Assembly: GCA_033764955.1 (NCBI GenBank)
Contig: JANRIL010000005.1
Location: 96,001-160,000 of the forward strand
Origin: Cyanobacteriota bacterium
Lineage (GTDB): Bacteria > Cyanobacteriota > Cyanobacteriia > Thermostichales > Thermostichaceae
DNA: 64,000 bases
Reading direction: 5' to 3'
Within the stretch, counting starts at the first letter, position 1; each line of letters begins with the position of its first letter. Under the pieces are notes generated by a model, which ran no database searches, was not told where the DNA came from, and saw only the letters and a list, made by a program, of their open reading frames with translations. Both the position numbers and the translations under genes were made by a program. This document shows, in pieces, positions 1 to 10,192 of the stretch.

Positions 1-373
1 GGAAATGCTGCTCCGCTCTAGCGAGCAAGGCGACTCCCACTCCCTGCTGGCGCATTTCTGGCACAACATACAGCTCGGAAATATAGCCATAGGTTTGTTC
101 GGATTTGATCACATACAGACTGCGCTCATCCAGCCGGTCAATATATCCCAAGACAAATCCCACCAGGGATCCCGCCACCTCGGCCACATAAATTCCGCCC
201 TGCTGTTCCTGCACCAGGGTTTCTAGATAGCGAAAGTGGGCATCAGCTATTTCGGCTCCAGCGGGTCGGTTGGGGTGGAGCTGTCGCTCGGCATCCTGCA
301 ATCCCGCCATAAATTGCACGAGAGTGGGGCGGTCAGCGGGTTGAGCGGGGCGAATCGTCCAGGAGGTTGCCAT
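1..373 (-). CDS. GNAT family N-acetyltransferase, 3' end runs off the window
   Basis: Not in the ORF track. My translation from ATG at 373: MATSWTIRPAQPADR...YGYISELYVVPEMRQQGVGVALLARAEQHF. This carries the GNAT acetyl-CoA motif (V.P..R.QGVG..LL). Confidence 0.85.
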   Translation of the reverse strand, partial: MATSWTIRPAQPADRPTLVQFMAGLQDAERQLHPNRPAGAEIADAHFRYLETLVQEQQGGIYVAEVAGSLVGFVLGYIDRLDERSLYVIKSEQTYGYISELYVVPEMRQQGVGVALLARAEQHF

Positions 374-484
374 AAAAGGATTGGTTTAGCTGTTTTCTAA
401 AAATTCTCGGCGTGTTTTCTGGGAGTTTGTTAGATATTGTGGCTATTATCCATCCCCCACTCCCCCTTCCTCTCCACCTGCTTT

Positions 485-2176
485 ATGGATAGCGCTTCCA
501 CCACCTCCTCCGCCACCATTTCTGCCTGGAGGCAACTCAAAAACCGTGAAATTACCCCCGAAGAGGCTCTGGATCTCCTGGTGGATGGGGAAGGGCGGCT
601 CCGGCTAGATCTTTTGGATCAGGGATTGGTGGCGCGCTTCTTTCAAGAATTTCCGGATGCCTCATTGCTTCCCCCCGTAATTCCGCTGTTGTTGTGGCGA
701 GCCAGCTATTATCTGGCCTGTGCCCGTGAATTGACAGCTGACGAGTTGAAGTTTTTGGCGGAGCGCACCCATACCGCCATTCGCATCGTACCCATCGATC
801 CCCAAAGCTACCGCAGTTGGTTCCGCCTGCAAAATATGCCGGGGCACGAAGCGATTCATGCCACCGGTCAATACCTCAATCCCCTGACCGGGGTGGTGGA
901 AGAACAGAATATTGGAGATGTAGCCGATTATTTGGCACAGGCTGCCAGCCAGTCCCACCGGATCAACGCCCTCATTTCCGGAGCGCTGCAAAGCCGAGCC
1001 AGTGACATTCACCTGGAACCCACCCTCAACGGTTTGCGGGTGCGCTATCGCATTGATGGCATCTTGCGGGAGATTGCCGTCTTGCCCCAGGAGATCAGTC
1101 GCTCTGTGGTGGTGGCCATCAAAGTCATGTCGGATATGAACATTGCCGAAAGCCGTGCCCCACAGGACGGACGGATTGGGCGCAACTATGTCTCTGGGCA
1201 AGATGTGTTGATGGATCTGGACTTGCGGGTGAGCACCTTGCCCTGCGTCGGCGGAGAAAAAGTGGTGATCCGACTGTTGCACCGCCAGGAAAACGCCTTT
1301 TCGGATCTGTCTACCCTAGGATTTACCGCCAACACCCTCAGGCTTTATCAAACCTGGTTAGAGCAACCCCAGGGACTGATCATCATCACCGGTCCCACGG
1401 GATCCGGCAAAACCAGCACCCTTTACACCAGTCTGCATAAGGTGGCAACCGAGTTTGTCAATGTGGTCACCGTCGAAGATCCGGTGGAGTATGTGTTAAC
1501 CAACATCACCCAAACACAGGTGCATGAGCGGGCGGGCATGACCTTTGCCTCTGGATTGCGCTCCATCCTCCGCCAGGATCCCGACATCATCATGGTGGGG
1601 GAGATTCGGGATCAAGAGACCGCCGAAACCGTGATTCGAGCCGCCTTAACCGGCCACCTGGTCTTGACCACCATGCACACCAACGACACGATCACCGCCA
1701 TTCCTCGTCTTAAAGACTTAGGGCCTGATCCGGGGCTATTGAGTGATGCCTTGCTAGGAATTACCGCCCAACGGCTGGTTCGCCGCGTTTGTCCCTACTG
1801 TGCCGAACCCTATACCCCCTCCGACCAAGATTGGCAGCTTTTGGGGCTGGAAACAGCGGCAACTCAACCGGGAAATTGGCGAAAAGGGCGGGGGTGCAGC
1901 AAGTGTTTTCAGTCTGGCTATCTGGGACGGGAGGCGATTGTGGAACTGCTGAATGTGGACGAGACGGTTCGACAAATTATTTACGAAGGGAGTATCACGC
2001 AACTGCAACGCTATCTGGATCAGATTCAATTTGACTCCTTCCGTGTCTCCGCCATCGGCAAGGTTGTAACCGGTATCACCACCCTAGAAGAGGTGCGCCG
2101 AGTCTTGCCGCAAAGTGCGCTGATCCGCCGTTCCTCAGATAGAACTGGTGTGCTTCCGGCTTGGCGCGTCAGCTAA
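485..2176 (+). CDS. GspE/PulE/PilB family secretion or pilus assembly ATPase
   Basis: ASDIHLEP, Walker A GPTGSGKT, TVEDPVEY, LRQDPDIIMVGEIRD, GHLVLTTMHTND and a tetracysteine zinc motif (CPYC...CSKC). Confidence 0.93.
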   Translation: MDSASTTSSATISAWRQLKNREITPEEALDLLVDGEGRLRLDLLDQGLVARFFQEFPDASLLPPVIPLLLWRASYYLACARELTADELKFLAERTHTAIRIVPIDPQSYRSWFRLQNMPGHEAIHATGQYLNPLTGVVEEQNIGDVADYLAQAASQSHRINALISGALQSRASDIHLEPTLNGLRVRYRIDGILREIAVLPQEISRSVVVAIKVMSDMNIAESRAPQDGRIGRNYVSGQDVLMDLDLRVSTLPCVGGEKVVIRLLHRQENAFSDLSTLGFTANTLRLYQTWLEQPQGLIIITGPTGSGKTSTLYTSLHKVATEFVNVVTVEDPVEYVLTNITQTQVHERAGMTFASGLRSILRQDPDIIMVGEIRDQETAETVIRAALTGHLVLTTMHTNDTITAIPRLKDLGPDPGLLSDALLGITAQRLVRRVCPYCAEPYTPSDQDWQLLGLETAATQPGNWRKGRGCSKCFQSGYLGREAIVELLNVDETVRQIIYEGSITQLQRYLDQIQFDSFRVSAIGKVVTGITTLEEVRRVLPQSALIRRSSDRTGVLPAWRVS

Positions 2177-2367
2177 GAGGTTTTGTTGCCAGAGGCAGAG
2201 GATCCCGCAAATCCTGATACACTAATCCATACGCAATTTCTTAAGGATGACTTCATCTTTAAGCAAGCAAGATGGGAAAGGGGAGAGAAACAGCTACCTC
2301 CTATCGAAAATATATGGAAATATAAGTTGCTGACCTATTGGCCTGTGAACTGGCAGAGGAGATTCTC

Positions 2368-3114
2368 TTGCGCCCCACTGTGATCGCCGGAAACTGGAAG
2401 ATGTACAAAACTCAAGCTCAGGCTCAGGAGTTTTTGGCTAACTTGACCCCCCATTTGCCAAATCGGGATCCCTTACGCCCTCGCCAGGTTATCTTGTGCG
2501 TCCCCTTTACGGATTTGGGGGTGGTGGGTAACTGGGTTGTGTCTAGGGATGTGGGGCTGGGAGCGCAAAACATCCACTGGGAGGATCAAGGGGCGTTTAC
2601 GGGAGAGATTTCGCCGCCGATGTTGGTGGAACTGGGGGTCAGCTACGTGGTTGTTGGTCACAGTGAGCGTCGCCAGCATTTTGGTGAAACCGATGCTACC
2701 GTCAATCAGCGGTTATTGGCGGCACAGCGGCATGGGCTGACCCCGATTTTGTGTGTGGGAGAAACGAAGCAGCTCCGCCAGCAGGGGCAAACCGAGTCTT
2801 GGATTTTACAACAACTGCAACAGGGGCTAGTGGGGGTGGATCAGCAACGCCTAATCATTGCCTATGAGCCGATTTGGGCGATTGGCACGGGGGATACTTG
2901 TGAGGCCAGCGAAGCCAACCGCGTGATCGGCTTGATTCGCCAACAACTGGACAATCCCCACCTAGTGATCCAATATGGCGGATCTGTGAAGGGCAACAAC
3001 ATTGATGAGATTATGGCGCAACCTCAAATCGATGGGGTGTTGGTGGGGGGAGCCAGCCTAGACGCCGAGGAGTTTGGGCGAATCATCAACTTTCGCGCCC
3101 TGACGGTTGCTTAG
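2368..3114 (+). CDS. tpiA: triosephosphate isomerase
   Basis: [49 protein letters not shown] start at 2368 follows a GAGGAG Shine-Dalgarno sequence. Confidence 0.97.
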   Translation: MRPTVIAGNWKMYKTQAQAQEFLANLTPHLPNRDPLRPRQVILCVPFTDLGVVGNWVVSRDVGLGAQNIHWEDQGAFTGEISPPMLVELGVSYVVVGHSERRQHFGETDATVNQRLLAAQRHGLTPILCVGETKQLRQQGQTESWILQQLQQGLVGVDQQRLIIAYEPIWAIGTGDTCEASEANRVIGLIRQQLDNPHLVIQYGGSVKGNNIDEIMAQPQIDGVLVGGASLDAEEFGRIINFRALTVA

Positions 3115-4388
3115 AGGGATGGGAGTTGCCCCTCCGCCTCGCGGATTGGATCCGGCTGTCGTTGCAAAGCCAAGACGGGAGAAAAATAGGGCCAGAGGAA
3201 AGTGGTAACCATGCCGATTCCGCCCACCCAGAGGGTTGAGCGCAGGCCAATTGTTTCCCCTAGCCAGCCCCCCAAGGCAAAGCCAATCGGCATCGTTCCC
3301 CAAATCAAGAACCGAACCGTGGCATTCATCCGCCCCTGCAAGCGATCGGGGATCAAGGTTTGCCGCAGGCTGAGTTGATTCATGTCATAAACCGTTCCTG
3401 CAAACCCGCTGATCCCCCAACCCAGCATCAGCACAGGGATCCCGTACCATCCGTGGGCCAGCGGTAGCACCAGATAACCCAAGCCCGACACGAAAGCACT
3501 GATTGTGATGGTTTTGCCCAGCCCCACGCGCCGCGTGATCCTTGCCGTCAGGAAGGAACCCAGCAGGGATCCCAAGGCCGCCATCGCCATAACTAACCCC
3601 AACCAAGCGGAGTTCATCTGCAAATCGCGGGTGGCAAAAAGCACAAAAACGCTCAAAATAATTTTGTCAAAAAGATTCATGGATCCCGTACATCCCGCCA
3701 GAGAACGCAGAAAAGGATTACTCAAAACCACGGTCAACCCCTCTTGAATAGCTTGGGTTATCGACTGGGATAGTGATTGGGAGTTGCCCGTTTCACGAAC
3801 CTGAATAGTTAGCAACAACACCGCAGAGATCAAAAAAGAAAGTGCATCCAAGGCAATGACATAAGGAGCTGAAAATAGGGTTGCTAGCCAACCCGCTACG
3901 CTTGGGCCTAAAATCTCTGCCAATGACCAACTCATGTGTAACTTGGTGTTTCCTTCCAAAATTTGATCGCGTTCCACCAAGGCGGGTAAAAGAGCTTGGT
4001 AAGCAACATCAAAAAAAACCGTCAGGCTCCCCACACCAAAAGCAATGGCATAGAGGATTGGCATCGTTAGGTGATCCCGCCACGCCAACCAAGGGATCCC
4101 CATAAGCAGCACTGCCCGTCCCACGTTACAGCCCACCATGATCCAACGGCGGGAGCCGCGATCCACCCACACCCCAGCCAATAAACCCAATAATAAAAAG
4201 GGGCTAAATTCAGCCGTGCCCAGCCAACCCATCTGCATAGGGGTAGCTTCAAGTAACAAAGCTGCCGTCAGCGGTAGAGCAAAATGGGTAACGGCGGATC
4301 CCAGCAACGAAATGGACTCACCCACCCACAAGCGCAGGAAATTAGGATGGTGCCACAATCCAAAGGTTGGATGATTCACTCCGTGCAT
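3111..4388 (-). CDS. MFS transporter (EntS/DUF894-like)
   Basis: About 12 hydrophobic segments; motif A-like [11 protein letters not shown]-terminal [10 protein letters not shown]. Confidence 0.88.
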   Translation of the reverse strand: MHGVNHPTFGLWHHPNFLRLWVGESISLLGSAVTHFALPLTAALLLEATPMQMGWLGTAEFSPFLLLGLLAGVWVDRGSRRWIMVGCNVGRAVLLMGIPWLAWRDHLTMPILYAIAFGVGSLTVFFDVAYQALLPALVERDQILEGNTKLHMSWSLAEILGPSVAGWLATLFSAPYVIALDALSFLISAVLLLTIQVRETGNSQSLSQSITQAIQEGLTVVLSNPFLRSLAGCTGSMNLFDKIILSVFVLFATRDLQMNSAWLGLVMAMAALGSLLGSFLTARITRRVGLGKTITISAFVSGLGYLVLPLAHGWYGIPVLMLGWGISGFAGTVYDMNQLSLRQTLIPDRLQGRMNATVRFLIWGTMPIGFALGGWLGETIGLRSTLWVGGIGMVTTFLWPYFSPVLALQRQPDPIREAEGQLPSL

Positions 4389-4594
4389 TAGTAACTTGGT
4401 TGAGATAAGGATAATAGGATGGCCAATTATTCTCTACCGAATTCTTCGAGTATTTGCCTTCTGCTCAATTTCCCTAGATATGGAGCTTCTAGATCTTCAA
4501 GATGTTTTGAGGATTGTCATTTTTCAAAAGGGGAGAGAACCGGAAATAGGAAATCTTTGACTTTATTAGATCATTACTTTTTGCCTGATGACCA

Positions 4595-5560
4595 TCAATC
4601 CCTTTGGGCAATGACTGTCCGGTGGCGGGGGCTGTTGGCGGTTACCACCGGAGTTTGAAACCCCGCTTGGATGAGTGTTGCCTCAAGATCAAGGGTGAAG
4701 TAGTGATCCAAGTAAGGCTCGGTGCTTTTCAACAAAGTCAGTAGATAAGGAGGCATCCTAGCATAGACGGCTGAGGAGGGATCCATATCCATCAAAGCCA
4801 GGGATCCCGCCGGTTTGAGGATACGGCGAGCCTCTTGCAGAATCGCTAGGGTGGCGGACTGGGGCAACTCATGAAAGATCAGGAAAGCCGACACCAAATC
4901 CACCGATTGATCCGGTAGCCCCGTCGTCTCGGCAGCAGCATGAATCCATCTCACGGCTCGCCCTTGTTGCTGAGCACGGTACTGAGCGACTGCCAAGAAA
5001 TAGGGAGAGAGATCAAGGCCGATCAGCTCGGCTCTGGGATAACAATCTTGGAGAGCGAAGGTGCTCATGCCTACACTGCACCCTATATCTAGGATCCGTT
5101 CCGGCGGGGTTGGCAGGGATCCGCATAAGAGCTGGTGATAACTGTGCCGCAAGCGAGCATCCCCCTGAGGATCCGCCTGCTGCCCCCAAACTCGGGAGTG
5201 AACCGCCAGCGCCGCTACTTCCACCTCCATCGCCGGATCCCAGCCTAAATTTCCCTGTTCATAGGCATGGAAGGGCTGCACATAATAGGCCGGATAGACC
5301 AGATTCGGATTTTGAATATGAGCCAAAGCTTGCTCCCAGAGCGGGGAAAACACCTCCGCCTCCCCCCGAGAGCGCAACGCTACCGCCTCTTGCTGCCAAT
5401 CCACACCGATGAGAGCCGCCCGTTCAATCATCATGGCGCGGGCTTTGTTTTTGGCAAATTGAAACAACGGCTTTACCCCCAGAAGACTACTCACCAAACG
5501 AGAGGTGAAATGGGGGGCAGGTATGACCGAGGTGAGAGAGGCAGCGGAAATGGTAGACAT
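4595..5560 (-). CDS. class I SAM-dependent methyltransferase
   Basis: ILDIGCSVG motif I, GLDLSPYFL and DLVSAFLIFHELP. Confidence 0.9.
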   Translation of the reverse strand: MSTISAASLTSVIPAPHFTSRLVSSLLGVKPLFQFAKNKARAMMIERAALIGVDWQQEAVALRSRGEAEVFSPLWEQALAHIQNPNLVYPAYYVQPFHAYEQGNLGWDPAMEVEVAALAVHSRVWGQQADPQGDARLRHSYHQLLCGSLPTPPERILDIGCSVGMSTFALQDCYPRAELIGLDLSPYFLAVAQYRAQQQGRAVRWIHAAAETTGLPDQSVDLVSAFLIFHELPQSATLAILQEARRILKPAGSLALMDMDPSSAVYARMPPYLLTLLKSTEPYLDHYFTLDLEATLIQAGFQTPVVTANSPRHRTVIAQRD

Positions 5561-5705
5561 GGTGCTACTTCGCTTCGGCAAGGATGGAGAAAAACACACT
5601 TAGCCTAGCAGATTGAGGTTCGATAACTGGAGGGTTGGGCGAGAAATCGGCATAGCTGCCAGGGGTAGGAAATGGAATACGGGAAGCCTAGCATCAATAA
5701 ACCCC

Positions 5706-5738
5706 AAAAACCCCCCTTATCGTCAGAGATTTGGGGGG
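5706..5738 (-). terminator. possible intrinsic terminator downstream of the YHS gene
   Basis: Minus strand reads CCCCCC-loop-GGGGGG followed by TTTTT, about 35 nt after the stop at 5774. Confidence 0.4.
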
Positions 5739-5773
5739 ATCCACTCGGTAAATCGGAAGTTGGGTTTCTGGAT

Positions 5774-6343
5774 CTATTTATTCAAGACACTCGGCCAGTT
5801 TACGTTGGCTTTAGCAATGAACCCAGGAATATCTTTTTGCCAGGTTTCCTGAACTTTCTGGTCATAGTTGAGATAGAGTTTGCCATCAACAATTTTCCAG
5901 GCATCGGGACTAACCGGAGCAATTTTGTTTTGGCTAACCGCCCAGGCACAATAGCCACCGTATTGAGGGGCATATTGCTCAGGGTTAGCAGCAAATAAAT
6001 CACGATTAGCGGCACTGGAGAACTGCCACACGGCTCCTTTGTACTCGTAAGTAAATTCTGTACTGCCTGGAACGGGCTTGCCTGCGGTGAAGTAAGCAAC
6101 AACATCGGTTCCTCTGACCGCAGCACCCTTATCCGAGAAGATCGGCGCATTCTTGGTTTGTCCGGCACAGGGATTGGCTCCAGCACAGGGATTAGCTCCG
6201 GCGCAAGGGTTAGCAGCCTTACCCGCGCAAGGATTCCCAGCACAAGGGTTGGCAAACACGACCGTAGGGGAAGTTGGGACGATACCTGCACTCAGACTGA
6301 GGATCGACAGAAATCCAATCAGAGCTAGATGTTGAACTTTCAC
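5774..6343 (-). CDS. secreted YHS-domain protein with five N-terminal NPCAG repeats
   Basis: Signal peptide ending VFA, then NPCAG x5, then G.DVVAYF...WQFSSAANRDLFAANPEQYAPQYGGYCAWAVS...WKIVDGKLYLNY, typical of secreted YHS-domain proteins. Confidence 0.85.
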   Translation of the reverse strand: MKVQHLALIGFLSILSLSAGIVPTSPTVVFANPCAGNPCAGKAANPCAGANPCAGANPCAGQTKNAPIFSDKGAAVRGTDVVAYFTAGKPVPGSTEFTYEYKGAVWQFSSAANRDLFAANPEQYAPQYGGYCAWAVSQNKIAPVSPDAWKIVDGKLYLNYDQKVQETWQKDIPGFIAKANVNWPSVLNK

Positions 6344-6586
6344 AATACATCTCCTGGAAGAATAGGAAGGTAGCCAGCAGCCACAAGCAAAGTTATCTGA
6401 GCTGCCCCACGTCTATATCCTGAGAGATACAACTGAATCTAGTTGAAGGGAGGGGTGAGAGTTTTCTCAGGGGATTCTCAGATCAAAAAGTTATCAGAAT
6501 TTGTAGGCTAATCTTCTCTGGTGGATGGGATGACCTTTCGCCCATAAATCCTTCCCCATAAATCCTTATAGCAATGCACTCCTTTT

Positions 6587-7285
6587 ATGGTTCAGACTGC
6601 TCCGACGACGCCAGCCTCTCCTGCCCGCTCCGGCAAAAATTATGAGGTGGGTGCAGATGGACAATGGCGCACTCTAGCTGCCCCAGCAAGCAGTTTGTTA
6701 CGGCGCTTCCCCCAGCGGCGCTCCTACCGCCTCTATCGCTTTCTCTCCGATCTGGAGGATTTGGTAGACAACATTTCTCATGACCGAGATCGCCTACGGA
6801 TCGGGGCGGTTCTGTTGCGTCGGCTGGTAGAAGCCTGTGACTGGCTCACGGATGCCTGCCCCACTCCGGATCCCAGCTTGGGCTGGGCGGTGCATTTTCT
6901 CTACGATGAACCGGGCTATCCTTTCACTGTTCAACTGGTTTCCTGGTTACCTCAGCAACGTTCTCCCATTCACAATCACGCCGCCTGGGGACTGGTCATG
7001 CTGCTGGGGGATCCCGCTACGGCCGGACGGGAGGAAAACCACTTTTGGCAACGAACCGACGATGACACGATGGATGGAAAAGCCACCCTGCAAGAGGTTT
7101 CCCAGGTGACGCTTCATCCTGGGGATCTGATTGGCTTTACTCCCACCGCTATTCATCAGGTACGGGCTATCGAGGCCAATCGCCTAGATCCGCAACCCAC
7201 GTTTACTGTCAATGTCTATGGCAAAACGGACTTTAACCAGCGGTTTACTTTTGATCCGCTCCAACAGTCCTGTCAGTTATTTTGA
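6587..7285 (+). CDS. cupin / cysteine-dioxygenase-like metalloprotein
   Basis: SPIHNHAAWGLV...AIHQV...VNVYG gives the 3-His cupin metal site. Confidence 0.75.
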   Translation: MVQTAPTTPASPARSGKNYEVGADGQWRTLAAPASSLLRRFPQRRSYRLYRFLSDLEDLVDNISHDRDRLRIGAVLLRRLVEACDWLTDACPTPDPSLGWAVHFLYDEPGYPFTVQLVSWLPQQRSPIHNHAAWGLVMLLGDPATAGREENHFWQRTDDDTMDGKATLQEVSQVTLHPGDLIGFTPTAIHQVRAIEANRLDPQPTFTVNVYGKTDFNQRFTFDPLQQSCQLF

Positions 7286-7503
7286 AGAGTCCATCTTTGG
7301 ATCGCTAAAGCTTCTCAGCCAGTACGGCCTGTCATTTGAGCAAGATCAAAGGGAGATCCCGTAAAGCCACGGAGAGAAGTTACCCGAAATTTACCCGATA
7401 TCTGCCTGAGATATACACAGGGATCTCCCGAAATATTTTCGGGGGGATGTTAGAGTCATTCGCCATAGCGATCATAACCGCAACCAGGGAAAAGGAGTAG
7501 CAA

Positions 7504-8514
7504 ATGATACGATTTGGCGAGATGAATCGGCGGCGTTTTCTGCAATGGGGAGCTTTAACCGTAGGCGGCTCGGCGATTTTATCAAGACAGGCTTCTCATG
7601 CCCAATCGGATGCGAATCCCACAATTAAAATTGGCTTTTGGCCGATTGCGGCTGGCTTGCCCCTCTACATGGGGGTAGAAAAAGGCATTTTTAAGGATGC
7701 TGGGCTGAACGTAGAAGCGGTGAAATTCGCCTCTGCCCAGCAGGTTGCTGAAGGAATTATTGCTGGACGATTGCAGGGATCCGCCAACGGCACAGCCTCT
7801 GGAGCTTTGGGACTAGCGGAGATTGCCTCGCCAGGGTTGTTTAAGATTATTGCTACGAATCCCAGCAATGTTGATCATGTGTTGGATCAGTTTTTGGTGG
7901 CTAAAGATAGCCCCATCCAAAGCATTGCTGAGCTGAAAGACAAAAAAGTGGCCTGTGGTCCCGGCGCTCAAAATATTGCAATTGCTAAAGGAATTCTTAA
8001 AGCCAATGGTATTGTGGATCCGAATGTGCAAGCCCTTGATATCAAACAGCATGTGCCCGCTATTCAATCCGGTCAAATTGATGCTGTCTACACCCTAGAA
8101 CCAACGGGTACCGTGGGGGGATTGGCTGGCATTACCCGCATTTTGGAAGCTGGGGTAGTGGCGAAATATATTCTGGGAGATCCAAAAGCCCCTTGGTCAG
8201 GCGGATCAGCAACCCTTACCAATGAGTTTTTGAAACAATATCCTGAAGTCTCTAAGACTTATATTGCCGCTTATCGCCAGTCTATCGAAGAAATTCGCAA
8301 GGATCCCGATGCCGCTCGCCCCTTTTTAGAAGGCTATACCGCGATCACAGGAGATCTAACGAAAACGGTGCCTCTACCTGCTTACCTGATCTACGACGAA
8401 TTCACCGATCGAGATAAGCAATACTTCCAAAAATTCTTTGACTTTATGACCTCAGAGGGAATTTTCTCCAAAAACGTTCCCATTGAACCGTTGCTCTATC
8501 AAGAAGCTGGATAA
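7504..8514 (+). CDS. NitT/TauT/SsuA-type ABC substrate-binding protein with Tat signal
   Basis: RRRFLQ twin-arginine leader, GIFKDAGLNVE and SIAELKDKKVA. AAGGAG Shine-Dalgarno sequence upstream. Confidence 0.88.
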   Translation: MIRFGEMNRRRFLQWGALTVGGSAILSRQASHAQSDANPTIKIGFWPIAAGLPLYMGVEKGIFKDAGLNVEAVKFASAQQVAEGIIAGRLQGSANGTASGALGLAEIASPGLFKIIATNPSNVDHVLDQFLVAKDSPIQSIAELKDKKVACGPGAQNIAIAKGILKANGIVDPNVQALDIKQHVPAIQSGQIDAVYTLEPTGTVGGLAGITRILEAGVVAKYILGDPKAPWSGGSATLTNEFLKQYPEVSKTYIAAYRQSIEEIRKDPDAARPFLEGYTAITGDLTKTVPLPAYLIYDEFTDRDKQYFQKFFDFMTSEGIFSKNVPIEPLLYQEAG

Positions 8515-8584
8515 ATACAGGATAAGCAAATTATAAATTCTCAGATCATTAGCCTTTTTTATCTCACCAAGGGGGAGATCCCTG

Positions 8585-9376
8585 ATGATGAACAGTACCT
8601 CTGTTTTGGTTAATTCACAAACTGAACCTCTGATTCGGGTTGAGGGATTATGCAAGTCATTTGCTGGACAACCTCTCTATGACAATTTCAACCTGGATTT
8701 ACCCAAAGGAGAATTTATCTCGATCTTTGGTCCAAATGGTTGTGGAAAATCTACGCTGATCAATATGATGAGCGGCTTGATCCCAATTGACTATGGGCGG
8801 ATCTTAATTGGTGGAAAACCTATCAAACAAGCTCGGATCGGTTATGTTTTTCAAAACTACCGCGATTCTCTATTTCCGTGGCAAAGTGCGTTAGATAACA
8901 TTGCCTATCCTCTCAAGGTAAAGGGAGTTTCTCAGCAAGAATGTACGGAACGAGTCGAACGGTTAATTCAAGCCTTTGATATCAAGTTAGATCTGAAGCG
9001 ATATCCCTATACATTTTCAGGAGGACAACAGCAGTTAGTATCGATACTGCGAGCTTTAGTTGCGGATCCCGAAGTTCTATTCTTGGATGAACCCTTCTCA
9101 GCTCTCGACTTTGAGACAACTCTCTATGTGCGGGAAAAACTACAACAAATCTTCCAAGAATCTGCCCTGACTATGGTGATGGTGGTGCATAACTTAGAAG
9201 AAGCTGTTTATCTGGCTGATCGCATTTTATTGCTGAGCAAACGACCTACCCATCTGGTGGAGGCTGTTCCTTTTACGGTTGCCCGCCCCCGTACCCCTGA
9301 CACCTTATCTTCTTCCGAATTTATTCGCGTGAGTAGTCATTGTTTAGATGTTTTTCGCCAGGAGATGCGTAAATGA
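8585..9376 (+). CDS. NitT/TauT-type ABC ATP-binding protein
   Basis: GPNGCGKST, FSGGQQQ and LFLDEPFSALD. Confidence 0.92.
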   Translation: MMNSTSVLVNSQTEPLIRVEGLCKSFAGQPLYDNFNLDLPKGEFISIFGPNGCGKSTLINMMSGLIPIDYGRILIGGKPIKQARIGYVFQNYRDSLFPWQSALDNIAYPLKVKGVSQQECTERVERLIQAFDIKLDLKRYPYTFSGGQQQLVSILRALVADPEVLFLDEPFSALDFETTLYVREKLQQIFQESALTMVMVVHNLEEAVYLADRILLLSKRPTHLVEAVPFTVARPRTPDTLSSSEFIRVSSHCLDVFRQEMRK

Positions 9377-10182
9377 TCAGCCCTTCGTTGCCGATGCAAA
9401 GTCGCGCCCTGCGTATTGCTAAACTAAACCAATGGATTGATCGGTTGTTACCACTGATTGGAGTGGCACTCCTATTTATTTTGTGGTGGATAGCTTCACA
9501 GTCTGGCTGGGTAAATCCGGTCTTATTGCCCACCCCTTTGGCCACTATTCAAGAATTGATCAAAATAGCCGTACAGGGATCCCTTTTTTCTGACTTTTCT
9601 GCTACTGTGATGAGAACCTTTCAAGCGTTCTTGATTGCGGCTATTATTGGAGTCCCCCTGGGGGTGGCCATGGGTAGCTCGGAGCGAGTTTATCGCAGCT
9701 TTGAGTTTCTGATTGATTTTTTTCGATCTACTCCCGCTAGTGCGCTGATCCCAATGTTCATTTTGTTCTTTGGAATCAGTGATCTCAACAAGATTGCTAT
9801 TGCGGCATTTAGTGCCTTACTGTTGATCCTGTTTAATAGTGCTTATGGAGTGATCAATGCCAAGCGATCACGAATTTTAGCAGCAAAAGTGATGGGAGCT
9901 AACAAGTTTCAGGTTTTCAAAGATGTCCTTCTGTGGGAAAGTTTGCCACAAACCTTTATTGGTTTGAGAAGTGGTATTAGTATAGCCTTGGTGATTGTGA
10001 TTGTGGCGGAAATGTTTATTGGCACTGAGTACGGCCTAGGAAAGCGTATCATTGATGCTCAGCAAGTTTTGAATGTCAAAGATATGTATGCCTCAATACT
10101 AATCACAGGTATTTTAGGCTATGTCCTTAATGTTGTCTTTTTGGTGGCCGAAAAGCGATTTGTTCATTGGAGCGGTAAGTAG
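9373..10182 (+). CDS. NitT/TauT-type ABC permease
   Basis: Hydrophobic helices, EAA-like loop (AAKVMGA) and VIVAEM. Start overlaps the ATPase stop by 4 nt. Confidence 0.9.
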   Translation: MISPSLPMQSRALRIAKLNQWIDRLLPLIGVALLFILWWIASQSGWVNPVLLPTPLATIQELIKIAVQGSLFSDFSATVMRTFQAFLIAAIIGVPLGVAMGSSERVYRSFEFLIDFFRSTPASALIPMFILFFGISDLNKIAIAAFSALLLILFNSAYGVINAKRSRILAAKVMGANKFQVFKDVLLWESLPQTFIGLRSGISIALVIVIVAEMFIGTEYGLGKRIIDAQQVLNVKDMYASILITGILGYVLNVVFLVAEKRFVHWSGK

Positions 10183-10192
10183 GTTTATCCCT

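Noticed and set aside
662..1282. Long antisense and alternate-frame ORFs overlapping core genes (this one and many similar)
   Set aside because: They lie within well-supported genes and show no protein motifs, as expected for shadow ORFs.
7351..7450. Known guanidine or xanthine (NMT1) riboswitch
   Set aside because: Only fragmentary resemblance (AGAAG...CCCGAAAUU). I could not fit the full consensus or structure.
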